64,000 nucleotides of DNA from Promethearchaeota archaeon (GTDB lineage Archaea > Asgardarchaeota > Lokiarchaeia > Sigyniarchaeales > SOKP01): NCBI GenBank assembly GCA_019058245.1, contig JAHPZJ010000028.1, forward strand, positions 96,001 to 160,000, written 5' to 3'. Numbering within the stretch: the first letter of the stretch is position 1; every line of letters starts with the position of its first letter. Shown here in pieces: positions 17,830 to 28,943 of the stretch. Position numbers and translations under genes: made by a program. The notes beneath the pieces were generated by a model, which saw only the letters and a program-made list of their open reading frames with translations, was not told the origin of the DNA and did not search any database.

Positions 17830-19038
17830 TTATACAATATCGGTGTCTAATCTCTTTAAAGTATGATAGCACAAATCAATACAACCATTAAGATTTTCAG
17901 GTTTACATTTATCTGGTGTATCTTTTGAACTATGTATAAATCTTGAATCCTCAGATGAATAAAACCAGCAAACCTGTAATTTTCGTTTACTTTTTTTCGC
18001 ATAATCTTGAAAAACTGTGTGGTCTCCCATAAAAGATATTGATTTTATTTCCTTTCTAAGTGGAATTTCTTTTTCTCTCGCGGTATCTTCTAAGATATTA
18101 TTTAAACTTATATTTAGTTTGGCTTTTTTGAATATTCCAGTTTGATCTATTAATCCTATATAAGATCCAACCATATCGACGTTAATAACATAGGATTTAT
18201 CGAGATCATATTCTTTATCCAAATTTTTAAAATTTCTATAACAAAAAGCTTTTGACCCATATAATCCCATTTCTTCCGCCCCTGTCCATAAAAATATTAA
18301 ATCTATATTATTTAGTGGATTAATATGAAATAATTTTGATAATTCTATCAATATAGCTGTACCACTTGCGTCATCAACAGACCCTATTGATTTATTTTTT
18401 GCTCTAATGCTAATAAAGAAGATTAGATATCCAAATAATAAAATTATATTAATTAATTTAAAGATAAATTGTGCATCCATCGTTAAATTTAAGGGGAAAA
18501 AAATAAAAACATATAAGATAAAAATTAAAACCATAGAATTTATGATTCTTTCAGAATAATTGATAGAGATAGAATCATAATGAGCACAAAAAATAATAAC
18601 TGGTTTTCGCTTTCTATAAACATTCGCTTCAATTTTGGTAGTAACATTATGTGATATATGCCCTCTTTGAACGGGTTGTGTTAAATCAAACACTTTATAT
18701 ACTGAAACAGAAAGTATGTAATAAACTAGGAAATAAATTGATATAAAAAGAGTAATATACCCAAAAGCTCTTGCTGCTATTATAAAAAAACTAAGGAAAA
18801 TGATAAATAACATGATAAGAATAAGAATTACAAATAATAAAATATAAAGCCCCCAAATAGAGACCCATAGAAAAGGATCTAATTCTGTTTTTATATATTT
18901 TTTTTTTAATGAATCTCTAATGTAATCCATAGCAATATATTCTTCAGTTGTTCCTGCTTTTCTTCCAAAAGCTAAAGCTTTCACATGATCTATAGCTGAT
19001 TTTTTTTTATATAATGATGAATTTGATATAACTCCCAC
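17830..19038 (-). CDS. membrane-bound M28 family metallopeptidase
   Basis: AHYDS, DDASG, GAEEMGLYGS, NVDMVG, DH, IHSSKD plus TM segments. Confidence 0.85.
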   Translation of the reverse strand: MGVISNSSLYKKKSAIDHVKALAFGRKAGTTEEYIAMDYIRDSLKKKYIKTELDPFLWVSIWGLYILLFVILILIMLFIIFLSFFIIAARAFGYITLFISIYFLVYYILSVSVYKVFDLTQPVQRGHISHNVTTKIEANVYRKRKPVIIFCAHYDSISINYSERIINSMVLIFILYVFIFFPLNLTMDAQFIFKLINIILLFGYLIFFISIRAKNKSIGSVDDASGTAILIELSKLFHINPLNNIDLIFLWTGAEEMGLYGSKAFCYRNFKNLDKEYDLDKSYVINVDMVGSYIGLIDQTGIFKKAKLNISLNNILEDTAREKEIPLRKEIKSISFMGDHTVFQDYAKKSKRKLQVCWFYSSEDSRFIHSSKDTPDKCKPENLNGCIDLCYHTLKRLDTDIV

Positions 19039-19248
19039 CTATATGTTTAATTTTTGATTTTGACATATTACTTTGGATAAGTTTTGAACTTATTAAAGTA
19101 AAAACTATTATATTTATTTTGTAAAAAATTTGGATGAAAATGGTGATTTCTCAATTATAATAGAGTTTAATATATTGTTTAGGAAAAATTACTTTCTAAT
19201 TTATCTTTTACTTTTTTAAAAGATAAGGATTTTAAATTTCTTACTTTT

Positions 19249-20970
19249 CTATTTCTTAGCAAATGGTTCAAGATCTAATGCTTCAAATAAATCATCATTA
19301 GCTTCAATAGTACCAAGAAAATGCCATTCACCTTCTTCAACATTTTGACCATTTGCATATGTCTCAGCCATATTATAAAGTCTGATAAAATTCTCATAAT
19401 GCAGAGCAACCCTATTCTCTGCATAATCTCTTGCGGACCATGTTGTTATTAAAAATTGCCAATCACTACTTTCTAAGAGTAAAAGCTCTCGCGCCATCTG
19501 TTTAAGAATTTTGATTAAATTAGGATCTTGTGAGTTTTTACATTTTGCAATAATTTCTTCGGATTTCGCCTCACATTCATAAATTCTCTCCCATGTCCAT
19601 GTAGTCCACTCATTAAGCCATACCCAATGAGAACTAGCTTGCCCCCATGACCCCTCAATCACTGAAACTACCTTATTAGGAGGATTATTTTCCAAATATA
19701 TTCTAGTATTAGTCAGATCAATCTCAGGATCATCTTCCATCCACCTTAGTATCCTAGCTATCCACCAATTCCCCTCGAACCACCAATGCCCAAACAATTC
19801 TGCATCATAAGGTGCTACGACAATTCCATTATTGTTAAATTTATTTTTATAATCTCTTAATATATCTTTTACTAAATTTATGTAATGGCTTGCATTTTCA
19901 TCTAATTTTCCTGGAACATCGTCAGGCCAATATAACATTTTCTTACCTAAATCTAATTTAGCTTCTGTAACTTTCCAATAGCGTAAACCCCCTGGATAAT
20001 GTTTCTTGTGGAAATCTAAATATTCTGCACAACCAGGATATCCATGTTCTCCGCTCCACACCACAATTCCTGTTTTTTCATCTCTTGTGAAGAACCCTAC
20101 TGGAGCTCCTGTTGATGGAGCAGTAGACACTAAATATGGTTCATATTGAGATTTTTCAAATGAAGTGGGAATTTCTTCATATTGGGATTCAAATTGCTTC
20201 CAGAGTTCTGCTAATAGAGGAAAACGAGCAGCATATACACCTTGAGATTTTCCCCCCAATAATAGCGCGGTATCAATAAAAAAATACTTCAAACCATTTT
20301 TCGCTAGAAAATATTCTACACCTGGGCGTTCATATTCATCACCTGTTAAGGGGTTCTTCCATCGATATCCCGGGCGATAAGCACACTCTGGTAACCAAGC
20401 ACCAGTAGGAGCTCTTCCAAAATGCCTTTTATAATTATCAACTGCAGTTTTAAATTGAGCATTTATTGAAGAATCTTTAGAAAGTAATGGGGCATATCCA
20501 TGAGTAGCTCCGCATGTTATAATATCAATAAGTCCTTTATCTTGAAGGTTTTTAAATGCCCCTACAATGTCTTTATTGTATCTATGTATAAAATTATCTC
20601 TAACTCGTTCATAAAACTCTTGCCACCATTTAGTTAGTTTGATTCTCCCCTCTTCATATTTATTTCTTGTAAAATCTTCATAATCAAATAATGCGGCACT
20701 ATGTTTCTCATCGATATAACCTAAAAATCCATCGATGAATCTTGGATGACGAAGCATCTCACAAAGAACAGGTGTGATCCCTATAGTAAGTTTTGGATGA
20801 TATCCATCATCAACAAGTTTATATAATTCCATTAAAATAGGTATATAGGTTTCAGCTGCTGCTTCATTAACCCAGTCCATACCATGTGGCCATATTCCAT
20901 GACCAATGACCCATGGCAAATGTGAATGTAACACTAAACAATAACTTCCAATCTCAATCATTTTATTCAA
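19249..20970 (-). CDS. GH57 1,4-alpha-glucan branching enzyme (DUF1957)
   Basis: HSHLPWV, WLPECAY, DAELFGHWWFEG, ESSDWQF. Confidence 0.92.
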   Translation of the reverse strand: MNKMIEIGSYCLVLHSHLPWVIGHGIWPHGMDWVNEAAAETYIPILMELYKLVDDGYHPKLTIGITPVLCEMLRHPRFIDGFLGYIDEKHSAALFDYEDFTRNKYEEGRIKLTKWWQEFYERVRDNFIHRYNKDIVGAFKNLQDKGLIDIITCGATHGYAPLLSKDSSINAQFKTAVDNYKRHFGRAPTGAWLPECAYRPGYRWKNPLTGDEYERPGVEYFLAKNGLKYFFIDTALLLGGKSQGVYAARFPLLAELWKQFESQYEEIPTSFEKSQYEPYLVSTAPSTGAPVGFFTRDEKTGIVVWSGEHGYPGCAEYLDFHKKHYPGGLRYWKVTEAKLDLGKKMLYWPDDVPGKLDENASHYINLVKDILRDYKNKFNNNGIVVAPYDAELFGHWWFEGNWWIARILRWMEDDPEIDLTNTRIYLENNPPNKVVSVIEGSWGQASSHWVWLNEWTTWTWERIYECEAKSEEIIAKCKNSQDPNLIKILKQMARELLLLESSDWQFLITTWSARDYAENRVALHYENFIRLYNMAETYANGQNVEEGEWHFLGTIEANDDLFEALDLEPFAKK

Positions 20971-21171
20971 TTTATTATTTTTTTTAAATATAAGAAATAA
21001 GTCTATTTATAATAATTTTAACTTCTCAAAAAGTAAAGAGAAAAAATATTTTAAAACAGATAAAGTTATATACCCTAGATTAGCTTTTTATCATATAGTA
21101 TTTCCAATTGAAACATGAGTAAGAAAAAATAGGTTTTAATAATTCTAAACCCAATTAAAAATCTAAATGAA

Positions 21172-22527
21172 TTGAAAAAAAAAGGGAGAATCATAGGGAA
21201 AGCAAACTATGTTTTCACTCCCGAAATTTCTAGCTCAATTGGCTCAATTCATGGTAGTTTATTAAAACAAGATGAATCTATCGTACTTGGTAGGGATTAC
21301 CATAATGATAGCCGGATGTTGAAAAGAGCATATACATCAGGTTTGATGTCAACTGGTATAAACCTTTTAAACCTTTCAGATTGTACTTTTCCACTCTTAC
21401 AATTCACTATTAGACGTTTTGGGGCAAGTGGAGGGGTTTATTTCTCAGCAGGTCATTTGTATAGTGAAGATGTAGGAATTCGTTTTTTAGATGCTGGAGG
21501 GATTGAATTATCACAATCAGAGATTCAAAAAATAGTTGATTCTTATAATAATTATCCTCAGGGTGTAAGAAGGGTCGATCCTAATGAGATTGGGCAGATA
21601 ACATCTATTCCTCAGACAACAGATGTTTATATCAAGTCTCTTCAGCAATTTGTGAATAAAAAAAAAATAAAACAAGCGAATTTAAAAATAGTAGTGGATT
21701 GTTCTTACGGACCTTCTGGTAAAATCACTCCACTTTTAATGAATGATATTGGAGTTGAGATTATTGCTCTAAATACACATTATCGTGAAAGATCTTCAAG
21801 TCCAGTGCCCAGTATTAATACAATTCGAAATACCGCAGATATAGTCAAAGCTTCCAATAGTCATCTGGGAGTCTGTTTCGATGTTGATGGTTCAAGAATT
21901 CTAGTAATTGATGAAAATGGATTAGAAGTTAATTTTGAAGATTTATTAATGCTTTTTATATCTTATGATAAAAAAATTCAAAGTTCCAAATCCAACACGA
22001 TTATAACGACGCCCTCAATTTCTCCTATTGTAAAAGACTTTATTGTTGATGCTGGATTCCCACTCAAACAAGTGGAAAACTATCCTGGGGAGATATCAAG
22101 ACATATCAGAGAAGAAAGAGCTTGTTTTGCTGCTGCAGACACTTTAAAGTTCTATTTTCCCGAATATGCCCCTTTTAGTGATGGAAATTTCATTTTATTA
22201 AAAATATTAGAGATAATGAATCTTCAAAATGACTTACTTAGCTCCTTGACAAAAGGATTTCCGAAAGGAATGAAAATTAATAAAACTATTCCAATTTCGC
22301 CAGAAAAGATTGAAAATGTTCATAATCGATTAAGAGAATTAGCTGACGAAAAAAAATTAAATTATCATGATATCATAAATGAATTGAAAATAATTAATGA
22401 GGATGCATTTACAATTATTAAATTAGCGTTATACAGAAACGCTATACTTCTTTCTGCGGAAGGAGATGATAGGGAAAAAGCTCAAAAAATGATTTTTGAG
22501 TTAGAAAAATTAATAAAAGAAGTTTAA
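21172..22527 (+). CDS. phosphoglucomutase/phosphomannomutase-like protein, degenerate active site
   Basis: GRD...SRMLK, VVDCSYG, FDVDGSR; SAGHL where TASHNP is expected. Confidence 0.8.
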   Translation: MKKKGRIIGKANYVFTPEISSSIGSIHGSLLKQDESIVLGRDYHNDSRMLKRAYTSGLMSTGINLLNLSDCTFPLLQFTIRRFGASGGVYFSAGHLYSEDVGIRFLDAGGIELSQSEIQKIVDSYNNYPQGVRRVDPNEIGQITSIPQTTDVYIKSLQQFVNKKKIKQANLKIVVDCSYGPSGKITPLLMNDIGVEIIALNTHYRERSSSPVPSINTIRNTADIVKASNSHLGVCFDVDGSRILVIDENGLEVNFEDLLMLFISYDKKIQSSKSNTIITTPSISPIVKDFIVDAGFPLKQVENYPGEISRHIREERACFAAADTLKFYFPEYAPFSDGNFILLKILEIMNLQNDLLSSLTKGFPKGMKINKTIPISPEKIENVHNRLRELADEKKLNYHDIINELKIINEDAFTIIKLALYRNAILLSAEGDDREKAQKMIFELEKLIKEV

Positions 22528-22678
22528 AAAAACGTGAAACATTATTTTAAAAATTATAATTATTTATCAGAGAAATTAATAATTTAATATGAGAAAATGA
22601 ATTAAAAATTTAAAAAAAAAGGAACTAATTATATAATAATATAATTTTAAGTTATAGATTAAAAAAGTTGATTGTATA

Positions 22679-23341
22679 ATGGCTGTGAATGATATTACTT
22701 CAATAATAATAATAGCTACTTTAGGAGTTATTTTTGTAATTTTTTTATTATTTGACTTATTCCAACGTAATGAAAAATATGGATACTTAGCATATGCTGT
22801 TGCTCTATTACCCGTTGATTATTATTGGGGAGTTGGAGGTGATCCTCTTATTGCATATATTATTCTATTTGGTTTATGGATAATTACACTATTACGTGAT
22901 ACAATAGGAATGCAACTTGAAAAGAATAAGGATATAAATGAAATATTGATATATCTTTTTCTAGCAATCATAATTCAATTGATCGTTAGCGCTATCATGC
23001 CAGAAGTCAATGAAGATCTAAAACTTTACACAGAAAAAGTATTGTATTTCTGGTTACCAAATGTACACTCCGCAATTTTTACGAGTTCGATTGCTTTAGC
23101 TTTTAAACTTGTAGCAACATTATTGGTATTTCTTATTATCATTCCATTAATCATTGATATCAAGGATGAGGAGGCTCCTCTGCCCATTATTATAATATTT
23201 GTTGCTATTTTCATTATACCTTTTCTTTACTTAAGCTTTATCTGGGTTCCAAACATGATGGGTGTATTAACTTTCTTATTTTCAGTAATATTATTTATAA
23301 TTTTGCTGATTATAACACGGTCTGGCATGGAGACAAAATAA
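22679..23341 (+). CDS. multi-pass membrane protein
   Basis: About 7 hydrophobic segments. Confidence 0.7.
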   Translation: MAVNDITSIIIIATLGVIFVIFLLFDLFQRNEKYGYLAYAVALLPVDYYWGVGGDPLIAYIILFGLWIITLLRDTIGMQLEKNKDINEILIYLFLAIIIQLIVSAIMPEVNEDLKLYTEKVLYFWLPNVHSAIFTSSIALAFKLVATLLVFLIIIPLIIDIKDEEAPLPIIIIFVAIFIIPFLYLSFIWVPNMMGVLTFLFSVILFIILLIITRSGMETK

Positions 23342-23455
23342 ATCAAATTAAAATTTTTTTATTCTTCTTTTAACTTTTTCTCATTATTTTTATATTTAGT
23401 TCGCTATCAATTTTATAAGGAATTCAAATAAAAAGTAAGTATTTAATATAATATA

Positions 23456-24454
23456 ATGGCAAAAAAAAAAGTACAAACTGATGAGATTCACCAAAAGGAG
23501 AGTTCTGAATCAGGATCTTCTTACACCTTAAAAGATTTACCTGGAGTTGGTGAAGCAACAGTAAAGAAATTACAAGAGGCCGGAATTCTATCCATCCGAA
23601 CTCTCGCTATGTATCCAATGAGTAAATTAATGGATGAGGCAGGTATCGGTGAAAAAACAGCTGAAAAAATAATAAAGGTTGCACAAGATATCGAAAAAAT
23701 GGGCTTCAAGTCTGCTGATATAATTTGGGAAAAACGTAAAACATTAAACAAATTAACAACAGGAAGTCAGAATCTAGATGATCTATTATATGGCGGTATT
23801 GAACCGGGGGCAGTCACAGAAGTTTTCGGTGAATTTAGAACAGGAAAAACACAGTTAGCACATCAATTGTGTGTTAATGTTCAATTATCTTATGAGGAAG
23901 GTGGTCTTGAAGGTAATGCTTTATATATTGATACTGAAGGTACTTTTAGACCTGAAAGAATAATCCAAATGGCAATAGCAAAGGATTTAGATCATAATAT
24001 GATTTTAAAAAATGTAATTGTTGGGAGAGCTTATAACAGTGATCATCAAATTTTATTGATAAAGGAATCTCCTAAAATTATTTCAGAAAAAAATATAAAA
24101 TTAATAGTAGTAGATTCGCTTATTGGCCACTTTCGTAGCGAATATATAGGGCGTGGTACTCTAGCAAATCGTCAACAGCTAATAAATTCTCACATACATG
24201 ATTTACTAAGATTAACAGAAACATATGATGAATTAGCGGTTATATTCACAAATCAGGTATCAGCAAAACCAGATGTATTTTATGGTAATCCAATAACACA
24301 TACCGGTGGACATGTAGTAGCTCATGGCGCTACGATACGTATATTCTTAAGAAAAGGGAAGGGAGAACAGAGAATTGCTAAAGTTGTTGATGCACCACAT
24401 ATTCCAGAAAGTGATTCTGTCTTTTCGATAACTGAAGACGGGATTCAAGATTAA
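23456..24454 (+). CDS. radA: DNA repair and recombination protein RadA
   Basis: N-terminal HhH LPGVG, GEFRTGKTQ, IDTEGTFRPER, RAYNSDHQ, TNQV. Confidence 0.97.
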   Translation: MAKKKVQTDEIHQKESSESGSSYTLKDLPGVGEATVKKLQEAGILSIRTLAMYPMSKLMDEAGIGEKTAEKIIKVAQDIEKMGFKSADIIWEKRKTLNKLTTGSQNLDDLLYGGIEPGAVTEVFGEFRTGKTQLAHQLCVNVQLSYEEGGLEGNALYIDTEGTFRPERIIQMAIAKDLDHNMILKNVIVGRAYNSDHQILLIKESPKIISEKNIKLIVVDSLIGHFRSEYIGRGTLANRQQLINSHIHDLLRLTETYDELAVIFTNQVSAKPDVFYGNPITHTGGHVVAHGATIRIFLRKGKGEQRIAKVVDAPHIPESDSVFSITEDGIQD

Positions 24455-24457
24455 TTC

Positions 24458-24895
24458 TTAATATTTAAGATTAACATTTATTTCTATTCCTTTTTTCAAT
24501 GATTCTGAGATTATACAGTATTGCTCAAATAATTTTTTACATTGATCTATCCTCTTAAGCAATTCTGGATTATCGATTTTTGGCACTATTTCAACGTCAA
24601 TTTTTTTAAGTCTCCAGAAATTTTTACTATTTCTAGCAACTGTAACTTCAGCTCTTCCTTCTAAATCTGACAATGAGATATTTTTTTTTTCTATGCAAAA
24701 TTCAAAACTTGCTGCTAGACAAGACAATATAGATAAACCAAGTAATTTTACAGGAGAGGATCCAATTCGATCATTTCTTCTTTCTGTTCTTAAATCAATA
24801 TATAACTCATCCACTTTTAATTTTCCAAGATTTCCCCTAAAGAGCATCTTTTCTTCTAGCTTTAATTCAACTTTTGACTTTACTTCATTTGACAT
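24458..24895 (-). CDS. OsmC-family protein
   Basis: GSSPVKLL...SCL...YCIISESL two-Cys pattern. Confidence 0.8.
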   Translation of the reverse strand: MSNEVKSKVELKLEEKMLFRGNLGKLKVDELYIDLRTERRNDRIGSSPVKLLGLSILSCLAASFEFCIEKKNISLSDLEGRAEVTVARNSKNFWRLKKIDVEIVPKIDNPELLKRIDQCKKLFEQYCIISESLKKGIEINVNLKY

Positions 24896-24969
24896 TTGAA
24901 TAATCTTTTTATAGTTTAATTAAATTTACAAAAATGAAACTCCACAGTGTTTTAAATAATAAGAAGAAA

Positions 24970-25437
24970 TTATAGATTAATATTTACATTTACCTCAATT
25001 CCAGATCTTACTGATTGTGTTACTATACAATATTGCTCGAAAAAACTAAAACCATCTTTTAGTGGTTTCAAACATTGTTTTGCTCTTTTAAGAGTTTCTG
25101 GATTTTCTATTTTTGGTACTATATCAACTTCTATTTTTTTAATTCTCCAAAAACCTTTCTCATTTCTTAAAATAATAACTTCTGCTTCCGCATTGAAATC
25201 CTCTACTTTAAACTCTCTTTTCTTGAGACAGAAAATAAAACTGGCACTTAAACACCCTAATATTGCAAGTGCTAACATTCTTGAAGGATTTGGTCCAAGC
25301 ATATCCACTTCTTCACGATGTTCTTCATCAATATAACAGTCTTTAACCTTCATAGTTCCTAAGTCGCATTTAAAAATCATTTGAGACTCAAACTCGTCTA
25401 ATTTTAATCCCACTTTAGTTTTCATTTCATCAGAAAT
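24970..25437 (-). CDS. OsmC-family protein
   Basis: GPNPSRML...GCL...YCIVTQSV; probable ATT start at 25437 after GAGGTG (first ATG at 25425). Confidence 0.8.
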   Translation of the reverse strand: MSDEMKTKVGLKLDEFESQMIFKCDLGTMKVKDCYIDEEHREEVDMLGPNPSRMLALAILGCLSASFIFCLKKREFKVEDFNAEAEVIILRNEKGFWRIKKIEVDIVPKIENPETLKRAKQCLKPLKDGFSFFEQYCIVTQSVRSGIEVNVNINL

Positions 25438-25466
25438 AACTCACACCTCATAAATATTAATTAGGT

Positions 25467-25997
25467 TCAATTCAATCTTTTTTTATTATTATCCATATTT
25501 TTAAACAGAGAAAATAACTCTTCTCTTTTTGACTTATCGTTTTTTATTTCTTGTAGTAATTTATTTATTTCATTTAATTTTAGTTTGTAATACTTTAGTT
25601 CTTCCTTAATTTCTGAATGAATTATTGATAAATCTATAGAATCGTCGATTGAGCATGCTTTTTTAACAAATTTGAAGCATTGATTAATCCTTTGAGTTAA
25701 TAAATCATCATCAAATTGTTTATCAATTAAAATATTAATTTGATCAATTAACCACTCATTATTTTCGTTTTTTATAATTTGTAATTGGATTTGAGGAAAA
25801 TCTAATTCCTCTTTATTATTTTTTAAACAATTAACTATACTAGCATTAATACAATTTATATATGTTTTATCAGGTAAAATTGATACTGGATTCGACATCA
25901 AATCTATATTTTTTTCACCTACTTCATCAAGAATACAAGTAAATAAATTATTATCATTTAAATTACATTCAAAAAGCTTTTGATCATTTTCATTCAT
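25467..25997 (-). CDS. degenerate OsmC-like protein
   Basis: NCINASIVNCL and QRINQC...KACSI align with the two neighbouring OsmC genes. Confidence 0.5.
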   Translation of the reverse strand: MNENDQKLFECNLNDNNLFTCILDEVGEKNIDLMSNPVSILPDKTYINCINASIVNCLKNNKEELDFPQIQLQIIKNENNEWLIDQINILIDKQFDDDLLTQRINQCFKFVKKACSIDDSIDLSIIHSEIKEELKYYKLKLNEINKLLQEIKNDKSKREELFSLFKNMDNNKKRLN

Positions 25998-26169
25998 ATG
26001 ATATTTCTCTAAAATTTCCTTATATTAATTAGTTTTATATACAATTAATTTGGTATCTTACAAATAAAATTATTGTTTAAATGTGAATTTTTTATCCTTA
26101 TTACAATAAGGAGTACTTTAAAAAAATAACCATCAAAGCTGTTCAAATTAAATTATATTCAGCTTAATT

Positions 26170-26760
26170 TTAGCTTGTTTCCATTTTCTTTAAATGAAGA
26201 TGTCGAGTTAAATGAAAATAGATAAATGGAATATAGAGAAGAGTAATAAGGATAAATTCAAAAGCATAAATAACTATAAATGTAATCATAAGAATAAAAA
26301 GGCAAACCTCGATACTTAGATAAATTTTATTACTATAATATTTTTCATCAAAGAATGACGCAGGATTGTTATATTTGGATAAATAATCAGAAAGATTTTC
26401 AAATTCCTCTTTTGATATTAAAAACTTTAATCCTACTTGTTTTTTTGTAAAATAGAAAATATTTGTGCCCCAATCTAAAGTATCAATTAAAATATGAATA
26501 AAATAAGAAATTCCACTTAAGATTAAAACTATCCAATTAAAAATAAATCCTAAAATTAGGATAATTAGACTTGGAATAATTGAGTGGGTTATTAACATCC
26601 TATGATTATTATCTTTAGCAAATTTTGAAAAAAATATATCAAAATCACATATGAATGAAAATGACACTATAATAGAGAATTCCATGAGATTAAAATGAAA
26701 AAAGTAATTGAAAATTGAAGCGATGATAACTCCTACTGCAAAATGACTATTTATGTGCAT
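26170..26760 (-). CDS. membrane metal-dependent hydrolase (YdjM-like)
   Basis: SH, DFD, HRMLITHS, HILIDTL. Confidence 0.75.
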   Translation of the reverse strand: MHINSHFAVGVIIASIFNYFFHFNLMEFSIIVSFSFICDFDIFFSKFAKDNNHRMLITHSIIPSLIILILGFIFNWIVLILSGISYFIHILIDTLDWGTNIFYFTKKQVGLKFLISKEEFENLSDYLSKYNNPASFFDEKYYSNKIYLSIEVCLFILMITFIVIYAFEFILITLLYIPFIYFHLTRHLHLKKMETS

Positions 26761-26783
26761 AAATTTTAATTCCTATCGAATAA

Positions 26784-27767
26784 TTAATAAATGTATTTTT
26801 TTTTCTTAATTCTTTTTAAAACTGCCTTTTTTGTTTCAAATCCTGCAGGACCTTTTTTTTCAACAAGAAAAGACGCTGCTGCGGAGGCTAAGTAAGCTGC
26901 CTTTTCAATTGATTTCCAAGATTTATCCGAATGAATAAATTCATATAGAAATATAGAAAAATATACATCTCCAGCACCAGTCTCATCCAATACCCTCTTG
27001 GGTTTAAAGGCGGGAATTTTTAATATGTTTTCATCTCTCCTAGTGAGCATCGAACCTTTTTCTCCTAATGTCATAATGTATATTCCGTTATTTTTGTATT
27101 TATAATAGTGAGTTATAATATCGTTATAATTTACGCATTTTCTTGCAATAAGTTTCATTTCTTCCTCTGAACCTTTCAAGATTAATCTGTCGCCTATTAA
27201 TTCTATAATATTTTCCATATTAGCTATGATTTCTTCATCGTAAACATATTTGACTTTACCATCATTTTCAATTTTTCTTATAAAGCCCTGTAAATCTATA
27301 CCTATGTATGTTTTAGGAAATTTCTTTAAAATTTGAGAAATATATTCATAAGAGATCTCATTACACAATGGTACTAAAACGAAAGCATCAGGAGGATCTC
27401 TAAAAAAATTTGTTGGTATGTCATTAAAATCAAGATTAGGACTTCTAGAGTTAAGTGTTAAACTTCTTTTATGATCAAAATAATCAAGAACAAAATTTGT
27501 ATTTTCTGTTTGAGAGTATTTAATTCCACTTAAATCAATATTCTTATTCTTTATTTTATCTAATAAAGAAATATTGAAATTTAATTTTCCAATATGAGAA
27601 ATTATTCTAATATCAACATTATTAATATATTCACTTAAGGCTAATGAACAAAAAGTTGTACTACCTCCTAAACTAGGCTTGTTAAGTCTTTTAAAACGAA
27701 TGATATGATCAATGGCAAAATGACCAGTAAAAGTTATAGAGGTATTCTTAAGACTTTGTCTATTCAT
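26784..27767 (-). CDS. PfkB-family carbohydrate kinase
   Basis: GGS, TLGEKGS, DETGAGD. Confidence 0.88.
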   Translation of the reverse strand: MNRQSLKNTSITFTGHFAIDHIIRFKRLNKPSLGGSTTFCSLALSEYINNVDIRIISHIGKLNFNISLLDKIKNKNIDLSGIKYSQTENTNFVLDYFDHKRSLTLNSRSPNLDFNDIPTNFFRDPPDAFVLVPLCNEISYEYISQILKKFPKTYIGIDLQGFIRKIENDGKVKYVYDEEIIANMENIIELIGDRLILKGSEEEMKLIARKCVNYNDIITHYYKYKNNGIYIMTLGEKGSMLTRRDENILKIPAFKPKRVLDETGAGDVYFSIFLYEFIHSDKSWKSIEKAAYLASAAASFLVEKKGPAGFETKKAVLKRIKKKKYIY

Positions 27768-27770
27768 TTA

Positions 27771-28895
27771 TTAGGATTTTAATTTTTTAATAATGTTATC
27801 CTTTTCTTCTATTGTTATCTTTAACTTATTAATTTTATTTTGTAAATCGTCAACTAGATATTTCATTGTTGTTTCCTCACTAGCGGGTTGAGCTTGTTGA
27901 TTACTTTTTAGTTCCACAATTAATTTTTCTTTTTCTTCCAATTGTGCTTGGAGATTATTTATCATTTTTTCCTTTTCGTTACTTTCAGCAGTTTTTGTTG
28001 TTTCTTGCTTATTCTTTTGTAAGGATGTTTGTATCTGCGTAAGTTGGTTTTTAAGATCTTCATTTTCTCTCTTAAGATCTCTTAATTCATCCGGTTGTAA
28101 TTGGAATCCTCGACTTTTTATTGTTCGTTCAAGTTCAGATTTTTCACTATTTAATTTTTCAACAATTTGTTTATATTTATTAAGATCTGATTGAAGATCT
28201 TGACATAGTATTTCTAAAGTCGCTGATGAGGATTGGATTGATTTAGATTTTTGTGTAGCTGTTTTTGGTTCTTCCACTGGAACTATATTATCAATAGTTT
28301 GTTTTTTCATACTTTCTTCTAATTGTTGGTTTAATAAATCGTTTTTTTCAATTAATTCATTAATTTTATTTTCTTGTTCATTAATTTGGTTTTTCTTATT
28401 CGATAATTCAGATTGTAAATTATCAATTAAAGCGGTGGTCATTTCAGAATCTTTTTCTGTAGAAGCTTTCTCAATAGGTTTTGATATCTTTGAAGCTGTT
28501 TCTAATTTTATTTTTAATTCGGTAATTTCGTTTTCTTTATTTTTCAAATTGTTTTCTTTTTCAGCTAAATTTTTTTCTAAGACTGTTAACTTACTATTTA
28601 ACACTATATTTTCTTCTTGAATTTCAGTTAATTTTTTATCATCAACCTTTCCAGCTTTTTCTAATTTTTGTTTTAAAATTTTGTTTTCTTCGATTACGTT
28701 CTTAACGATTTCTTCGGTTTTTGTGATTAATTCTACATTTTCTTTAATTTTAGTTTTCAATTCTTCATTCTCATTTTCAATTTCTCTAATTTTGTTAATA
28801 GTATCATCAATTTGATTAGGGTTTTTTATCTCCCCTTCCATTTTTTTTCTCCAGAGACTGATGAAATCCTCTACTTTTTTATTATTTTCCGGCAT
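27771..28895 (-). CDS. long coiled-coil protein
   Basis: Heptad-rich E/K/L/N composition; repeated LxxDLQS/NxL. Confidence 0.7.
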   Translation of the reverse strand: MPENNKKVEDFISLWRKKMEGEIKNPNQIDDTINKIREIENENEELKTKIKENVELITKTEEIVKNVIEENKILKQKLEKAGKVDDKKLTEIQEENIVLNSKLTVLEKNLAEKENNLKNKENEITELKIKLETASKISKPIEKASTEKDSEMTTALIDNLQSELSNKKNQINEQENKINELIEKNDLLNQQLEESMKKQTIDNIVPVEEPKTATQKSKSIQSSSATLEILCQDLQSDLNKYKQIVEKLNSEKSELERTIKSRGFQLQPDELRDLKRENEDLKNQLTQIQTSLQKNKQETTKTAESNEKEKMINNLQAQLEEKEKLIVELKSNQQAQPASEETTMKYLVDDLQNKINKLKITIEEKDNIIKKLKS

Positions 28896-28943
28896 TTTCC
28901 TTCAAAACTTTCTTTTATCCTAATTATTGAATATTTAATTGGT

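Noticed and set aside
21115-21171. In-frame ATG-AGT-AAG-AAA-AAA-TAG upstream of the PGM-like gene (possible amber readthrough)
   Set aside because: Only five codons, no pyrrolysine machinery seen in the window; TAGGT more plausibly belongs to a ribosome-binding site
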